NCBI GenBank assembly: GCA_963740085.1
Contig: CAVUCU010000001.1
Location: forward strand, 1,184,001 to 1,248,000
Direction of reading: 5' to 3'
Length of the DNA stretch: 64,000 nt
Source: Nitrospirota bacterium
Lineage (GTDB): Bacteria > Nitrospirota > UBA9217
Below the pieces are notes generated by a model. The model searched no databases. It was not told the origin of the DNA and saw nothing but the letters and a program-made list of their open reading frames with translations. Positions 61,831 to 64,000 of the stretch are shown here, in pieces (position 1 is the stretch's first letter; each line of letters opens with the position of its first letter). The position numbers were made by a program, and so were the translations under genes.

Positions 61831-63882
61831 TTAAATCGTCTTCATTGCCTCATTCGAATAGCTGCTTTCCTGCCCTGACGTATTTACCGTTGTCACTGTA
61901 AAATAGTATGTCCCGGGTGAAAGGTTCAACGTTTTTGCAATAGTAGTTATTCCGGGATTTGTGACAGTTACAACTTGTGAGTACGTTTGGGATGCTGTTC
62001 CATAATATATTTTATATATGGACAGATCCGTCAGCGGATTCAAAGAAGATCCATCCGTGTTTGTCGTCGGCGCATCCCACGTCAAGGTTACAACACCGCC
62101 ACCCGTAACAGTAAGCAAGGTAGTACCTGCAATGCTCCCTGATGTTGCCGTGATCGTCGTTGAACCGGCAGCCACGGACGTGGCCAATCCCTTGGAACTT
62201 GCTGCGTTGCTGATGGTTGCAACGCCCGAAGCCGATGAGTTCCAGGTTACCGATGTCGTCAGGTCCTGAGTTGAACTGTCGGAGTAAATTCCGAGGGCAG
62301 TAAACTGTCGGGTTGTCCCCTGTGCAATGCTCGGATTGGTCGGGTTGACCGCTATGGACACGAGCGTTGCAGAGGTCACCGTAAGTGCGGTCGATCCCGA
62401 TATACCTCCCGATGTTCCCGTGATCGTTGTCGAACCGGCAGCCACGGAGGTGGCCAATCCCTTGGAACTTGCTGCGTTGCTGATGGTTGCAACACCCGAA
62501 ACCGATGAGTTCCAGGTTACCGATGTCGTCAAGTTTTGCGTCGTACTGTCGGAGTAAGTTCCTATGGCAGTGAACTGCTGGGTTGTTCCTTTGACAATGC
62601 TCGGATTGGTCGGGGTGACCGTTATGGACACGAGCGTTGCAGAGGTCACCGTCAGTGCGGTCGATCCCGATATACTTCCCGATGTCGCCTTGATCGTTGT
62701 TGAACCGGCGGCCATGGACGTGGCCAAACCCTTGGAACCTCCCGCGTTACTGATGGCTGCGACACTTGCAGTCGATGAATTCCAGGTTACCGCTGTTGTC
62801 AAGTTTTGAGTCGTACTGTCGGAGTAAGTTCCTATGGCAGTGAACTGCTGGGTCGTTCCCTTGACAATGCTCGGATTGGTCGGGGTGACCGTTATGGACA
62901 CGAGCGTTGCAGAGGTCACCGTCAGTGCGGTCGATCCCGATATACTTCCCGATGTCGCCGTAATAGTTGTTGACCCGGCGGCTGCTGATGTTGCCAGACC
63001 CTTGGATCCCGCTGTGTTGCTGACGGCTGCAACACCCGAAGATGATGAGTTCCAGGTCACGGCTGTCGTTAGATCCTGCGTCGTACCGTCGGAGTATGTG
63101 CCCGTGGCATTGAACTGTCGGGTTGTCCCTTTGACAATGCTCGAATTGGTCGGGGTGATTGCTATAGACACGAGTGTTGCGGGAGTCACGGTCAATGTCG
63201 TCAATCCCGATACACTTCCCGATGTTGCCGTGATCGTCGTTGATCCGACTGCTGCCGAGGTAGCGAGTCCATTGGTATTGGAGCCGGCTACGTTATTGAT
63301 GGTTGCAACGCCTGCAGCCGATGAATTCCATGCTATCTCTGCTGTCAGGTCCTGCGTCGTATTGTCTGAGAACGTCCCCATGGCAGTGAACTGCTGAGTT
63401 GTGCCTGGTGCAAGGCTTGGATTGGCCGGAGTTAAAGCTATGGAAACAAGTGTTGCTGAAGTCACTGTCACGTCAGTCGATCCCGATATGTTTTTGAATT
63501 TCCCCCAGATCCTTGCCCTGCCCCAGTGTGTTGCTGTTATGTACCCGGGGCGATAAAACGAACTTGAGTTCGAAGCGTACAATCCCGTGAACCTTGCTTC
63601 ATCTATGCCGGAGGCAACATCTAAAGCCGATGTAGTCCAGGTTACGGATGACGTCAGGTCTTGCGTCGTATTGTCCGAGTAGATGCCGGTGGCCGTGAAC
63701 TGTTGACTCGTATTTTCTGCCAGTGTCGGATCACTAGGCGTTATCGAAATGGAAGTGAGTTGTGCCCCGGAACTGCTGGTCGAAGTATCAAGATTGGCAG
63801 TGCCCCCTCCGCTTCCGCATCCGAGCAGACCGGTGACAAGCAATAATGCAAGAAGAATGAAGTATGATTTTTTGTTTAACAT
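61831..63882 (-). CDS. Big_2 (Lig-like) repeat lipoprotein with C-terminal Fn3 domain
   Basis: GAGGAGG RBS, lipobox LLGC, six ~90-aa repeats (QQFTATG.YSD..TQDLT..VTW), terminal LTWDAPTTNTDG...YYGT...ESSYSNE. Confidence 0.92.
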   Translation of the reverse strand: MLNKKSYFILLALLLVTGLLGCGSGGGTANLDTSTSSSGAQLTSISITPSDPTLAENTSQQFTATGIYSDNTTQDLTSSVTWTTSALDVASGIDEARFTGLYASNSSSFYRPGYITATHWGRARIWGKFKNISGSTDVTVTSATLVSIALTPANPSLAPGTTQQFTAMGTFSDNTTQDLTAEIAWNSSAAGVATINNVAGSNTNGLATSAAVGSTTITATSGSVSGLTTLTVTPATLVSIAITPTNSSIVKGTTRQFNATGTYSDGTTQDLTTAVTWNSSSSGVAAVSNTAGSKGLATSAAAGSTTITATSGSISGSTALTVTSATLVSITVTPTNPSIVKGTTQQFTAIGTYSDSTTQNLTTAVTWNSSTASVAAISNAGGSKGLATSMAAGSTTIKATSGSISGSTALTVTSATLVSITVTPTNPSIVKGTTQQFTAIGTYSDSTTQNLTTSVTWNSSVSGVATISNAASSKGLATSVAAGSTTITGTSGGISGSTALTVTSATLVSIAVNPTNPSIAQGTTRQFTALGIYSDSSTQDLTTSVTWNSSASGVATISNAASSKGLATSVAAGSTTITATSGSIAGTTLLTVTGGGVVTLTWDAPTTNTDGSSLNPLTDLSIYKIYYGTASQTYSQVVTVTNPGITTIAKTLNLSPGTYYFTVTTVNTSGQESSYSNEAMKTI
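62110..63480 (-). repeat. ~270-bp intragenic tandem repeats
   Basis: Long near-identical runs offset by 270 bp, e.g. 62551-62690 versus 62821-62960. Confidence 0.85.
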
Positions 63883-64000
63883 CTTATGTTCCTCCTCTGC
63901 CCCGGGCGGGACATGAATGATAGCGATTCTCTTCTCGTGTTGAGGTAATAATACGGTAACCCCAGTAAGTAGTCTGTGATTCCAGTTACAGTATGCTTTG

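Overview
Window from a moderately GC-rich, probably anaerobic diderm bacterium (gene content suggests Nitrospirota or Desulfobacterota; inference only). About ten small indels split otherwise intact genes and look like long-read assembly errors. The first ~28 kb is an all-minus-strand surface-glycosylation region: a ~1950-aa secreted Ser/Thr-rich Ig-like repeat protein with a sigma54-type promoter, two tandem membrane-domain/spermidine-synthase-fold fusions, a YfhO-like GT-C, a PMT/GT39-like GT-C, two TMTC-like GT-C+TPR proteins, three DPM-synthase-like GT2s, GtrA and two SAM methyltransferases. Embedded in it are three tandem inverted-repeat-flanked GxxExxY nuclease cassettes (decayed, intact, internally deleted) and several empty palindromes with related termini. 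The remainder encodes a heme-c (CxxCH) sensor kinase with a sigma54 activator, a REC-PilZ regulator, two P-type ATPases (one with in-frame heptamer-repeat insertions), an AcsE-like pterin-binding protein, a split ADP-forming acetate-CoA ligase, a YeiH-type exporter with a small partner, a TerC/cytidylate-kinase-like fusion, two radical SAM proteins, a peptidase/beta-propeller/beta-barrel outer-membrane protein and a Big_2-repeat lipoprotein. No rRNA, tRNA, CRISPR array or transposase was seen.
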